A stretch of 62,438 bases of DNA, filler included. It is 6 parts of 6 records of this genome, joined end to end, with 100 filler letters (N's around TTAATTAATTAA, not from the genome) between each part and the next. Parts side by side here need not be neighbours in the genome. Positions count along the whole stretch, not along the records: positions 13,661 to 22,224 come from SRR31147125_18789; positions 22,325 to 42,727 come from SRR31147125_18813; 4 more parts are not named here. One strand, written 5' to 3'. Positions 20,761 through 31,309 of the stretch are shown here, in pieces (positions within the stretch are counted from its first letter, which is position 1; the number at the start of each line of letters is the position of its first letter). The translations under genes were made by a program, and so were the position numbers. Under the pieces are notes generated by a model. It was not told the DNA's origin and did not search any database. It saw only the letters and a list, made by a program, of their open reading frames with translations.

Positions 20761-20780
20761 GTGAATGACTATTCATTCAT
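20761..20780 (-). promoter_or_regulatory. FadR/YsiA-type operator (ATGAATGAATAGTCATTCAC on minus strand)
   Basis: Matches the B. subtilis FadR box WTGAATGAMTANTCATTCAN. Lies downstream of a minus-strand TTGACA at 20806-20801. Confidence 0.8.
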
Positions 20781-20972
20781 CTACTCATTGTGTAAATATT
20801 TGTCAATGCGAAATTGCGTGAATAATAGGGCTGGCCGGTCAATTTAACCTGACTTATCACCCAAAAATTATTAAAATAAAGTTTTACTCCTGCACGTGTT
20901 CAAATACGCTGCAGGTCCTGGAAAAAAACGTTCTGCTTTTCACCACCATCCTAGCAAAAGAGAGGGGACATC

Positions 20973-22224
20973 ATGAAAATATTGGTTGTTGGATCGGGTG
21001 GCCGCGAGCACGCACTGGTCTGGAAGATTGCTCAAAATGAAACCGTCGATAAGATCTATTGTGCGCCGGGAAATGCCGGTATAAGAAAGATGGCGGAGTG
21101 CGTTGATATTTCAGCAACCGATGTAAAAGGCCTCGCCGCGTTTGCTGCGAAAGAGAACATTGACCTTACCGTCGTCGGCCCGGAATCGTCACTGGTCGAA
21201 GGGATTGTAGACCTGTTTCAGAAGAAGGGGCTGCGCATCTTCGGCCCGACCAAAAAAGCGTCGATACTTGAGGGAAGTAAGGTATTTACAAAAGAATTCC
21301 TGAAAAAATATGATATTCCGACTGCCGAATTCAAGGTCTTCAGCGAAGCTAAGAAAGCGAAAAAATATATCGACAAATGCGGGGGACCAATTGTCGTAAA
21401 AGCTGACGGACTCGCTGCCGGCAAGGGAGTCATTGTTGCCGGTACAACCGCTGAGGCGAAAGAGGCGGTGGATATGATTATGCGGGACAAACTGTTCGGC
21501 ACCGCCGGAAACAAGGTGGTCATTGAAGACTGCCTGACCGGGGAAGAAGCTTCCTTCATCGCCTTCACCGACGGAAAAACCATCCTCCCCCTGCCAACCT
21601 CTCAAGACCATAAGCCGATCTTTGAAAATGATGAAGGCCCCAACACAGGTGGGATGGGGGCTTACTCTCCGGCTCCTGTGGTAACCCCGGAGATCGCTGA
21701 ATTCGTCATGGAGAAGGTGATGCTGCAGACCGTTCGTGGAATGGCTGCCGAAGGACGGCCGTACTCAGGGATGCTTTATGCAGGCCTGATGATCGACGGT
21801 GACGAGGTAAATGTCCTCGAATTCAATTGCCGCTTTGGTGACCCCGAAGCACAACCTCTGCTGATGAGGCTCAAGAGCGATATCGTTGATATATTCGACA
21901 GCTGTATCGACGGTACCCTGGACACGATAGAAATGAAAATCGACCCGCGTCCGACCGTATGCGTGGTAATGTCATCTGCCGGTTATCCGGGGTCATACGA
22001 GACCGGGAAGCAGATTCGGGGCATTACTAAAGCCGCAGCTGTTCCGGGTGTCGAAGTTTTTCACGCGGGTACCGCGATGAGTAACCGTCGTCTGGTTACG
22101 TCGGGGGGACGCGTATTGGGCATTACTGCTGTCGGCAAAGACCTGCAGGTTGCCATTAACAGAGTGTACCGGGGTGTCGATGAAATCAGCTGGACGGGAT
22201 GTTTCTGTCGTCCGGATATCGGGG
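20973..22224 (+). CDS. purD: Phosphoribosylamine-glycine ligase, 3' end cut by contig end
   Basis: GSGGREHAL, KADGLAAGKGV, QDHK...GPNTGGMGAYSP and EFNCRFGDPE. Confidence 0.97.
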
Positions 22225-22324
22225 NNNNNNNNNNNNNNNNNNNNNNNNNNNNNNNNNNNNNNNNNNNNTTAATTAATTAANNNNNNNNNNNNNNNNNNNN
22301 NNNNNNNNNNNNNNNNNNNNNNNN
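22225..22324. other. Artificial contig-joining spacer
   Basis: Same linker. Confidence 0.99.
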
Positions 22325-22517
22325 ATATCAGACAGATTCTCGAATGGATCAGTGTGGTCTGCTTCAATCACATACTATTTCTCAGCTAATATTAAAGCTT
22401 TATCAAACTCGACACTAAAATCCCGTTTTGAATTTTCCTAGATAACATTTAAGATAGCTTTATATTGATAATTATTTTCAATATTAAAACAAACAACGTA
22501 TCAAAAAGGGTTTGATT

Positions 22518-24434
22518 CTATGGATGTTTATTGACATCGAATGTGATAAAAATCTTATCCCACATGACACCTGGTTTATCCGCTCTTATTCTCAATGGAT
22601 AGGATCCTTCTGGTGTGCCTGGGAAAACTACTTTTTGCCAGCTATCTTTTTCCCACTTTTCATCTGCAGGTCCGCTGATCTGTTGTTCCCTTGTCAGATC
22701 ATTAAACGAAACATACAGGTTGCTTTTGCTTTTACTATTCCCGGAAAACCGTATCCAAATATAACAGGTTCCAGCTGATTGAGTACTGATTTGATATTCT
22801 GTACAAGTCCATTCATTATGATGATTTTGCGAACGTACCACTTTGCCGCCGACTTTATTATTTAATTCGACTTTTGCTGCGCCCACTAAATATCTGTAAT
22901 CCTCTGCCTCAAGAAAAACATCATTTCCAATCCCAACATTAACTGATCTATCAACATAATCTTTTACATAACAGACTTTAACAATATCATTTACCCGATA
23001 CTCTGTATTCGAACCCGACAGCATTAATTCATAGGTACCTTGTTGTGAGAACGTAGCCGTGGTGGCAGGATTTACAGCATTGGAAAACATCACCTCACCT
23101 GGACCTGAAATTTTGCTCCATTTTAAGCTTAAAGCATTTGTCGTTTTTTTATTTCCACCTGTTACCGATCCGTTTAAACTTGTATGATTTACTGGTGCTA
23201 CTATAACCATATCCTTACCTGCATCAACTACAGGCACGTTATTTGTCGTGGCAGGGAAATTGATACCATACTCGTTCGCTCCTAAATCTGGCGCACAACC
23301 CGTATATTCTGTATTCGGAATCTCTAAAATTGACTGATTCCATTTATAATTTGGCATTCCGGCATCTATACAGGGACTGCCAACTTTTAACTTAAAAGTA
23401 TCATCTAATAATGGTTTCTGATTTAAAAAAATGTGTTTACCAATCTTTATATCAGAATCATAATGTTGAGAATTTTCATAAAAAAGACAATAATCTACAA
23501 TAGAGTTATCAATTCTGTCATTTACATAAGCGCCTCTCTCTATGCCATTTGTCTTAATATGCGTAAAAATATTATTGATTATCATCAAGTTAGGTGATAT
23601 AGTAAGACCGTAATTACAGCCTGTAAAAGTATTGTTATAAACAAAAGCCTTTTCTTCCATAAGGGATCCTTTATAAACCTCATTTGTATTATCTTTTTCC
23701 TGGTACATGCAACTTATACCCGAGCCCCGACAATTTTGAAAAACATTATTATGAATATAAAATTCACGATAAGAGTTTTCCTGGTAATCTATCAGTTGAA
23801 TTCCACTTTCTCCCGATCCTATCACAGTGTTGTATCTAAATATGTGAGTTGTCAAAGGTGCTTTTTTCTTGTGCAAACGAACTTCAATACCATCCTGGTG
23901 CGCATTTACGATTGTATTGTATTCTATAATCCAGGATACTGAATTGTCGCAGTCAATAGCGTCATCACCTGCGTTCTCAAAATAACAATGTCCAATATAA
24001 CCACCTCCGCCTGAAACACTTAACTGGTCTTTGCCACCCAAAAATTTGCAGAATGTGACAGAGGCATACGACGCCGTTATATTTAATGTATGTTCATCAT
24101 TCCCTCGAAATGTTATACCACATATTATCGAATTATCAGCTGATAATTCAAACCATTCTTCCATATGATTTGAAGCAGCATTTATAATCGTATTATTTAT
24201 ATCGGACTCTCTATTTGTATATATGAACCTGGAGGCAACTGTCACGGCTTTGTTTACCTTTATCAATTCAGATTGTGTGTAAGTGCCGTGAGCAACCAAA
24301 ATCGTATCTCCATCGGATGCAGCCCTAATGGCTTTAGCAATTGTATTTTGTTCCTCCGGTACCTTTATTGTTTTGGCATGGACTGATGATAAAACAGAGA
24401 ATATAATTATTAAAAAAATTATCACATTTTTCAT
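22518..24434 (-). CDS. Secreted right-handed beta-helix protein with PKD-like and CBM-like C-terminal domains
   Basis: Signal peptide, TIAKAIRAASDGDTILVAHGTY, beta-helix repeats, SPCIDAG...PDLGANE and the PKD-like PVVDAGKD...WSKISGPG. Confidence 0.75.
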   Translation of the reverse strand: MKNVIIFLIIIFSVLSSVHAKTIKVPEEQNTIAKAIRAASDGDTILVAHGTYTQSELIKVNKAVTVASRFIYTNRESDINNTIINAASNHMEEWFELSADNSIICGITFRGNDEHTLNITASYASVTFCKFLGGKDQLSVSGGGGYIGHCYFENAGDDAIDCDNSVSWIIEYNTIVNAHQDGIEVRLHKKKAPLTTHIFRYNTVIGSGESGIQLIDYQENSYREFYIHNNVFQNCRGSGISCMYQEKDNTNEVYKGSLMEEKAFVYNNTFTGCNYGLTISPNLMIINNIFTHIKTNGIERGAYVNDRIDNSIVDYCLFYENSQHYDSDIKIGKHIFLNQKPLLDDTFKLKVGSPCIDAGMPNYKWNQSILEIPNTEYTGCAPDLGANEYGINFPATTNNVPVVDAGKDMVIVAPVNHTSLNGSVTGGNKKTTNALSLKWSKISGPGEVMFSNAVNPATTATFSQQGTYELMLSGSNTEYRVNDIVKVCYVKDYVDRSVNVGIGNDVFLEAEDYRYLVGAAKVELNNKVGGKVVRSQNHHNEWTCTEYQISTQSAGTCYIWIRFSGNSKSKSNLYVSFNDLTREQQISGPADEKWEKDSWQKVVFPGTPEGSYPLRIRADKPGVMWDKIFITFDVNKHP

Positions 24435-24478
24435 TTTCCAATTCTCCCATCAAGTTCTAACTGTAGATAATCACTATT

Positions 24479-26338
24479 TTATTTATATTCAGACAAATAT
24501 GTCGAGACTTGTTCCAATAATACTTTGCTCTCGTTAACTATCTGCGAGCATTCTGTTGTTTGTGCATTTTCATACGAATATGCATCCAGCAAGCTCTGTA
24601 AATCCGCTAATTTCTTTTTGGATTCAGGATCTGCGTTTGCACTCAGTTTTTCCTTTACGATTCTGATTTTTTCATAATCCTGAATACCCTCACGCAATCT
24701 TTCAAACCGGATTGAACTTCTGGCTCCCGGATACACCAGAAAGCTTTCACCGGCATTCCATTGTACATATCGGGTATCATACAATGGATTTTCATTCCAG
24801 CTGTTATACGCCCAACGTAGAAATCCTGAAAAACCATCGGCAGCGGCAAGCCAGCCCATCCATGCTGATTCGGCAGGTGCAGAATGGGGGTACGTATTGG
24901 GTCTCTCTTCAACACAGCAGGGATAAAATGTAGAAACAAAACCCATTTCTTTGCGCTTTTGAACAAATTCAGGTTTTGTGTAACGTCCCAGTGATACACT
25001 AAAGCTGTAAATTTCAGGGCTCAATTTTTCATCCCAATCTTCCAGAGCAAGGGCAATTTTTAATTCAGGACTTACAGATTGGATAAAGGTCAATATCCCT
25101 TTCATCAGCTCGTAGGGCCGTTCATCCATGGCAATAAGCGCTTTTTGCAGCCAGCCCTTTTGTTTCAAATGTCTGGTAAAATCGCTCAGGAAAGGTTTCC
25201 ATAATTCCTTGTATTCCGTTGTGCCCGGCTCTGCATGAACATATTCATAACTCGTCGAAGCGGTATCATAGTACCGAAAGGCATTTGTTCTAAAACAAAT
25301 CATGGAATAACAACTAATATATTTCGTAATCCCACATTCCATGCAGAGCTGCACATATGTATCAAAAACAGAGTAATCAAAAGTCCAGCTTCCGTCTTTG
25401 TTTTTTATCCACTCTACCATAGAACAATAGGGATCATAGGTCTGGGCGTTCCAGGGCTGGTGAATAATGGAGGTGGTGATATATTTTTGTCCTGCGTTAG
25501 CCAGCATTTTTAATAGCGGTTTTAATAGTAATATGTGCTCCTGGGACCAGGGTTTGACATCATGAAAACGGGCAACGGACCAGGGATTCTGCCATAGATC
25601 AAGTTCGAACTGCCACTCTTTTGCAGCAGGCAGAGTGAGATCTAATACAGTTAAGTTAAGAGTAAAGATCAATTTTTGGTTTTTAGAGATAATCTCTAAC
25701 GAACCATGATATTCTCCCGGCTCAGTATCGGGTGGAATAGAAACTGAAATCCAGACCGGACGCATGGTTCTGGCAGGCAGTTTAAAGGTCGATAAATTGT
25801 CCAGGATATCAGCAACAAGTATTAGTGGCTTTTTAGCTGTATTAGGACCACAACCATAAAAGGCATTGTCACTCAGAACATAGCGGACAAATCTTGTTTC
25901 GATATTTTCTTTATCGATTTTATTATTATTATTATCATCTACCAGAGAAAATGGTTTGATATGAATGCCTGAGACCGCATTAGCACTCCAAAGTGCAAGC
26001 TGGATGTTTATTTTTTCACCTCTCCAGGCACTTCCACTCCATGTTTTCACGCTTGTGAACATTGGGACCATGTCTCTATCATAGCGGGTATCAATGTTTG
26101 CAAAAGAACCATGAAAACCTGCAGGAATATATGACCAGCGTTGCATATCCGGATGGCTAAGCTGTGTTGGATTATCTGGCTCGTATATCGGTGCTGATTT
26201 GATTGCCTGCGCATATGTCGGATAAACCATAAAAAAATTGAAACAAAGTGTAATCAAAACCAATATCAAATAAAAACTCCTAGATGATAGTTCCATATTA
26301 TATTCCTTGTCAATTTTTTGTCTCATCAAAACCGGCAT
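24479..26338 (-). CDS. GH123/DUF4091-type glycoside hydrolase (putative beta-N-acetylgalactosaminidase-like)
   Basis: AWRGEK, LDLWQNPWSVAR, catalytic-type AMDER, GFLRWAYNSW and SSIRFERLREGIQDYEK. The true start may be 26296. Confidence 0.8.
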   Translation of the reverse strand: MPVLMRQKIDKEYNMELSSRSFYLILVLITLCFNFFMVYPTYAQAIKSAPIYEPDNPTQLSHPDMQRWSYIPAGFHGSFANIDTRYDRDMVPMFTSVKTWSGSAWRGEKINIQLALWSANAVSGIHIKPFSLVDDNNNNKIDKENIETRFVRYVLSDNAFYGCGPNTAKKPLILVADILDNLSTFKLPARTMRPVWISVSIPPDTEPGEYHGSLEIISKNQKLIFTLNLTVLDLTLPAAKEWQFELDLWQNPWSVARFHDVKPWSQEHILLLKPLLKMLANAGQKYITTSIIHQPWNAQTYDPYCSMVEWIKNKDGSWTFDYSVFDTYVQLCMECGITKYISCYSMICFRTNAFRYYDTASTSYEYVHAEPGTTEYKELWKPFLSDFTRHLKQKGWLQKALIAMDERPYELMKGILTFIQSVSPELKIALALEDWDEKLSPEIYSFSVSLGRYTKPEFVQKRKEMGFVSTFYPCCVEERPNTYPHSAPAESAWMGWLAAADGFSGFLRWAYNSWNENPLYDTRYVQWNAGESFLVYPGARSSIRFERLREGIQDYEKIRIVKEKLSANADPESKKKLADLQSLLDAYSYENAQTTECSQIVNESKVLLEQVSTYLSEYK

Positions 26339-26358
26339 TCAAAACTCATACTACCGGA

Positions 26359-27750
26359 TTATTCAGGAATAATTTTATAAAGTCCCGCACCATGCGGTGG
26401 AATCAACTGCAGAAAATTCTTACTAAAATATCCCAAATCCTGATGTTTCCACAAATCACGAATTTTACATTTTCCTTTTAAACCGAGGTCAGACAGTAAA
26501 ACAAATATTGGAATTTCCTGGTCTTCGCCAAGATTAAATAAAGCCAGGTACTTATCTTTGCTATCCGGAATATCAGCAGTCCAGACCACATGATTGCCTC
26601 GCCGAAAAAGTTGTCGATTATTTGAACTGTTTTGATTCACTTCCAGGACTTCTTTATTCCTCAATAATGAGAGTGCGAATGGGTAAATCATTGACAAATC
26701 GCCACCCATCATTAAAGGAGATCGAAAAATCGTCCAAAGAGTAACGTGAGTTATTTGTTCATCCCTGGTAAAGCGGCTATCCCGTTCAAATCCGGACGGC
26801 CCACGACGACTGAGTCTGCCAAGTTGCAGCATATCCGCATCCGGCCAGTGACCCGGACCAATGAATGGGGCCCACTCTGCACAAATATCAAATTGTTTTT
26901 TGAGCTGCGCCCATTCGTCCCAGAAATCAGCGGAAATGCGCCACATGTTTGCGTGCTGCTGTAAATGACCGGCATGCTGAATGGGTACATTATTGCCTGG
27001 AGAAAGACTGAGTACTATCTTGCGACCAGATTTCTCGATCGCCTTGCGAATTGCTTCAATCTCCCACGAATGATAAACAGGTGCAATCATATCATCCACT
27101 TTAATGAAATCTACTCCCCATTCCGCATAAAGTTGAATTAGTGAATTATAATATTCCTGTGCACCCTCTGTTGATCCATCAACACCATACATATGATTGA
27201 GCCACGAACAGGTACTGGATGTATCTACAATATCGGAGGCAAAAACATGGCTACCCAGAATTTGCGTTTTCCACGCTACAGCTTGTCTCGGGATTCCTCG
27301 CATGACATGAATTCCGAATTTGAGTCCCTTGCTATGAATATAATCGGCAAGTGGTTTAAATCCCTTTCCGTTTGCAGCGGATGGAAAACGGTCCAGGGCT
27401 GGTAAGAGCCTGCCGTATTTATCCATTGCCAGTTTCGGCTTGTAGTCTTTTGTTTGCGGCGGATTGTTAAGAGCCCCTACAAATGGATAAGACCAGCAAT
27501 AATCAATAACAATATATTCCCAACCAAAATCTTTTAAATGGACGGCCATCATATCGGTATTGGCTTTAACCTCAGCCTCGGTCACAGTAGCACCATAGCA
27601 ATTATAGCTATTCCATCCCATGGGAGGTGTTTGAGCAATTTGTTTGTCGCCAGCTAAGGAAATGGACATAACTAGCGACATAATGGAAAATGCCAGAATC
27701 AATATTTTCAATATTTCAATTTTTGTGTATCGCATACGTTTCAATTCCAT
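26359..27750 (-). CDS. GH27 glycoside hydrolase (alpha-galactosidase / beta-L-arabinopyranosidase-like)
   Basis: TPPMGWNSYN, WGVDFIKVDD, MWRISADFWD and HWPDADML. The start overlaps the upstream stop (TAATG). Confidence 0.9.
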   Translation of the reverse strand: MELKRMRYTKIEILKILILAFSIMSLVMSISLAGDKQIAQTPPMGWNSYNCYGATVTEAEVKANTDMMAVHLKDFGWEYIVIDYCWSYPFVGALNNPPQTKDYKPKLAMDKYGRLLPALDRFPSAANGKGFKPLADYIHSKGLKFGIHVMRGIPRQAVAWKTQILGSHVFASDIVDTSSTCSWLNHMYGVDGSTEGAQEYYNSLIQLYAEWGVDFIKVDDMIAPVYHSWEIEAIRKAIEKSGRKIVLSLSPGNNVPIQHAGHLQQHANMWRISADFWDEWAQLKKQFDICAEWAPFIGPGHWPDADMLQLGRLSRRGPSGFERDSRFTRDEQITHVTLWTIFRSPLMMGGDLSMIYPFALSLLRNKEVLEVNQNSSNNRQLFRRGNHVVWTADIPDSKDKYLALFNLGEDQEIPIFVLLSDLGLKGKCKIRDLWKHQDLGYFSKNFLQLIPPHGAGLYKIIPE

Positions 27751-29396
27751 TAATATCGTTCCCACGGTGCCAGCTCGGCTCCATTGGCATGTCGACCAAA
27801 TTTCAATGGCGGACGTCCAACCTCAAAGGCACCCAAATCCGGTGCTTTACCGGAAAAATCATCATTAAAATTCGGTAAAATCTGCCCGGCATCAATCACT
27901 GGATTTGGAACAGTCATCACCGGGTCAGTAAGGATTTTCTCCGTATCTCCGATCTTGACAGGTATTTTACCCCACTTTACAGTTTCAATTGACGATCGGG
28001 GATAAAACTCTAAATAATATGATTCAATATACCAGGGCACCTCCCTAATGCCATGTGGTTCCTTTGCGTTGCCTCGGTCCATCCCAGTAAAAAGGTCATA
28101 ATCATAATCGCCATCAACTTCCACTTCTCGGGTAGATGCGAGACGGCCCGCACAGTCAAAAATATTATTGCGGGTCACGCAATTCGGATCGGGATGATTA
28201 CTAAAAACATTAAGAGCGCCATCCGGCTGTAGTGCAGTGTTGTGAAAGACAAACTTGCGACCTCCTCCAAATTCTCCACGAACTCCTGTTTTAATCATTG
28301 ATCCGCCAGGAAATTTGCGATTTTTTCTACTCGTGCCAAAAACATTGCGGAATATATAGAGCGGCCCCTTTGAAGTGGAGGCTGTTGCTATATGCTGAAA
28401 GACATCATGAATATAATTTCCCCAAATCCGGACGTTCATATTGGCACCCTCACTTTCAATCGCATCATCATGAGCAGCCCGAAAAATATTTCCATAGATA
28501 TCCGAATCCCGGTTTGGACTGCCTTCATTGCTGAAATTGCTGCCGCCACCAAAAATATCGTTATAACTATGATCGTAAGTAGACAAAAGGTCGTTATAGC
28601 GGATTATATTTCTGCCACTACTGTTAAAAAGGCTAATAGCCTGTGGGCCACTTGGATGCCCGGTTTCCCAATTATTAGAGCAGCCACGTGGATTTTCAAT
28701 CAAATTTCTTTGAATAATTATATTTCCAGCACCTTTTTCGGCATAAATTCCACTGTCGTAGGCACCTTCATTTCCAAATGATTTTGGTCCGCCTATTCTC
28801 CCCCAAAAAGTAATGTGACAGTCTTCGATGATGATATGATGACGACCACCTTTGATGAGAATACCATGGATCGCAGCATTTCTAAACTCGAGGCCCCGAA
28901 CAATGACGGAATCAGCATCAATTACCACTGTATAATCCTCTGTGTTTCGTACGTCGATGGTTGCCCGAGTTCCTTTAGGTGGAGTGAAAAGATGATAAGC
29001 ATCAGCTGTCCCGGACTCGGTTATAATTAAAGGATGGGTGTCGTTGGAGACAAATGTGTGTTTTCCAACAGGAAATTTTTCATTTAGAGTTTTAGCTTTA
29101 CCCAAAATCTCGCCTGAATCAAATTGTAACCTGATATTATATTCTGTGTTCGTCTGCAAGCCAACTATACTGCCACGATATTCTTTATCACGTTCATCAT
29201 AAACCAAATCCAGTGCCTGGTTCCAGTTGTCTTCACTAAATTGCTTATAAAACACCTTACAGTCACCCCTTTGCACTAACTTGAAATAGATACTTGTACA
29301 TTCAAATGTTGAGACTGTTACAATATCCCCGGATAAAGCAAACGATGAGAACAGTAAAACGAACATTAACAAGTTATTTATTTTTGGAAAACGCAT
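27750..29396 (-). CDS. Secreted right-handed parallel beta-helix protein (putative polysaccharide-active enzyme)
   Basis: Signal peptide, repeated IxxN beta-helix rungs, DDAIESEG and C-terminal IDAG...APDLGAFE. Confidence 0.7.
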   Translation of the reverse strand: MRFPKINNLLMFVLLFSSFALSGDIVTVSTFECTSIYFKLVQRGDCKVFYKQFSEDNWNQALDLVYDERDKEYRGSIVGLQTNTEYNIRLQFDSGEILGKAKTLNEKFPVGKHTFVSNDTHPLIITESGTADAYHLFTPPKGTRATIDVRNTEDYTVVIDADSVIVRGLEFRNAAIHGILIKGGRHHIIIEDCHITFWGRIGGPKSFGNEGAYDSGIYAEKGAGNIIIQRNLIENPRGCSNNWETGHPSGPQAISLFNSSGRNIIRYNDLLSTYDHSYNDIFGGGSNFSNEGSPNRDSDIYGNIFRAAHDDAIESEGANMNVRIWGNYIHDVFQHIATASTSKGPLYIFRNVFGTSRKNRKFPGGSMIKTGVRGEFGGGRKFVFHNTALQPDGALNVFSNHPDPNCVTRNNIFDCAGRLASTREVEVDGDYDYDLFTGMDRGNAKEPHGIREVPWYIESYYLEFYPRSSIETVKWGKIPVKIGDTEKILTDPVMTVPNPVIDAGQILPNFNDDFSGKAPDLGAFEVGRPPLKFGRHANGAELAPWERY

Positions 29397-29523
29397 TTAC
29401 ACTACTCCTGGGTTTAATATATTTTCTATCCCACAATTAAAGTATAATACATTATTATTACCAATCACCTGATACATGCCAGGTTCACAAAAATGATTTA
29501 TTCACATGGAATTGATTTTTTTA

Positions 29524-29566
29524 AAGATAATAAACAAAGATTAAATGAAGATTAATGGAGAATTAT
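29524..29566 (-). promoter_or_regulatory. Pho-box-like promoter P1: ATAAT/TTAAT/TTAAT at 11-bp period, 10 nt, then TATCTT
   Basis: Minus-strand repeats start at 29566, 29555 and 29544, and the -10-like TATCTT lies at 29529-29524. Precedes the beta-helix/GH27/GH123 operon. Confidence 0.55.
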
Positions 29567-29609
29567 TTTTTTTAATATTGGCCTTTTTTATAAAGTTTCA
29601 GGTGACAGT

Positions 29610-30083
29610 TTATTTCTCTCTTTGCACAATTGTCAGACTAAATACGAGCCGAGCCTCTCCTTCTTCGTATTTATACTTTTTCCCATCATACACAAGTTCA
29701 GAGACATCCAGCATTCCATCATTAAGGTTAAATGGAAGGACCAGCTCTCCGGCCATAAATTGCACAAAAATATGAGAATCTGTTCGATGATGATAAAAAC
29801 CAGCTATATTACTTTCAAGAGCGACTCGTTCATACAACATTCCTAAAGGAGGACTTTTTCTAATAACAGCATTTGCAGCAGCACGCCGGCTGCTGTCAAA
29901 ACTATTTACTTCCCTGACAAATATCGCCTGACCATCTGTGTAAAAAGTAATTTTTCTAAAATCGTCATCAGTCAATTCATATTGCTGGATGATGTCATTA
30001 GTGATTACAGCAACTGGTGCTGCACATCCTAACATCATACAGACCAGGGTAAAAAATAACAATAAACCATTTTTTGCGGTCAT
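29610..30083 (-). CDS. Hypothetical lipoprotein
   Basis: Hydrophobic N-terminus with lipobox MLGC, immediately downstream of the phytase. Confidence 0.6.
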   Translation of the reverse strand: MTAKNGLLLFFTLVCMMLGCAAPVAVITNDIIQQYELTDDDFRKITFYTDGQAIFVREVNSFDSSRRAAANAVIRKSPPLGMLYERVALESNIAGFYHHRTDSHIFVQFMAGELVLPFNLNDGMLDVSELVYDGKKYKYEEGEARLVFSLTIVQREK

Positions 30084-30106
30084 AATATTACCCCAAATTT
30101 AAGCTA

Positions 30107-31204
30107 TCAGGGTCGAATCCCATTGGGGGCAATAACTAAATCATTGCCTGCTATGTCGGACCATGAATATATTTGAAATGTTTTATCATCCGACATGGCG
30201 ATAAAAAGCCCATCTGGAAAGGTATCATTTAAAGAAACATTGGTTACTTCCGAACCGTCACTTTCGTTTGTGGAAACATTGACTATTTTAACCACGTTGT
30301 GATTGTGAGGATCATTTGGTTCGCCTTCACGTTTAAAAATATGAAATTTATTGGCCTGTTGATCAGATACAAGAATATAACCGGTTCCATCATTAATTTT
30401 ATATATTGAAATCCCCTCATGATCCCCGGTAAAACCAGTTGTTGCAAAAAGTGCCAATTCTCTATTTATATCAGGGGCATCCGGATCTGCGTAATACTTA
30501 CGCACACCAACACCTTCATCTGAATAATACACATAACCGAGTTCATCGTCTACAGCAATTGCTTCTATCTCCTTCTTCCCACTCCAAACGCCAAACTTAC
30601 GCACGACGCTTCCCTTTACGTTTCCAGTACCATCATCTTGAAGAAGGTATTGCCACAAATATGTTCCATTTGTGGGCCCTTCTTTTCGTCCAACTATAAC
30701 AAAAATCTCCCCATCACGGGGACGTTTGTAAAGCGCTACACCCATAGGAGCCTTTAGTAACTCACCTTCAAAGACGGAAATACCACCATTGTCAATGGCT
30801 TTCATATCCGGCAACGAAAAAATCCGGATTTTGTTTTCAATTCGCTCAGTCGCAACCGCAATGTCAATCGGTTTCCCGTTAATCATCAAGCCGTATTCTA
30901 TGTCCACATTATTTGGTCGTTTTAGTGGAACAGGTGGTTTGACAATTTCTCCATCAAGATTAAAAGTATACAGACCACCATTTTCATCCTTATCCGTTCC
31001 AATAATTAAACTTTTTGAAGGATCATCGGGATTTATCCAAATAGCCGGATCATCCGTATCAAACTGCACAGCCTCGGTCAATATTTTAGGGGTAAGTGCT
31101 TTTACAGGTTGTGAGCTTTCCGGTTTGTTATTCGTGCAATTCACCAACGCTAACAAATAAATGATAACTAAAAACGTGCTAATCATCGGCTTGTTTAATT
31201 TCAT
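30107..31204 (-). CDS. Beta-propeller 3-phytase (lipoprotein)
   Basis: DTDDPAIW...SLIIGTDK, PNNVDIEYG, EIEAIAVDD, DHEGISIY and ESDGSEV are BPP motifs. Lipobox LVNC. Confidence 0.93.
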   Translation of the reverse strand: MKLNKPMISTFLVIIYLLALVNCTNNKPESSQPVKALTPKILTEAVQFDTDDPAIWINPDDPSKSLIIGTDKDENGGLYTFNLDGEIVKPPVPLKRPNNVDIEYGLMINGKPIDIAVATERIENKIRIFSLPDMKAIDNGGISVFEGELLKAPMGVALYKRPRDGEIFVIVGRKEGPTNGTYLWQYLLQDDGTGNVKGSVVRKFGVWSGKKEIEAIAVDDELGYVYYSDEGVGVRKYYADPDAPDINRELALFATTGFTGDHEGISIYKINDGTGYILVSDQQANKFHIFKREGEPNDPHNHNVVKIVNVSTNESDGSEVTNVSLNDTFPDGLFIAMSDDKTFQIYSWSDIAGNDLVIAPNGIRP

Positions 31205-31244
31205 TGTTATCCTTTCATATAAATTCTTCCGTTACGGCAATATT

Positions 31245-31278
31245 AAAAAGGCACAGCTTGTGATAAACTGTGCCTTTT
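31245..31278 (-). terminator. Rho-independent terminator-like hairpin between the TonB receptor and the phytase
   Basis: AAAAGGCACAG...CTGTGCCTTTT inverted repeat, giving a U-tract on the minus strand. Confidence 0.7.
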
Positions 31279-31309
31279 ATACATCTCGATTTAATCACAA
31301 GTGAGCATA

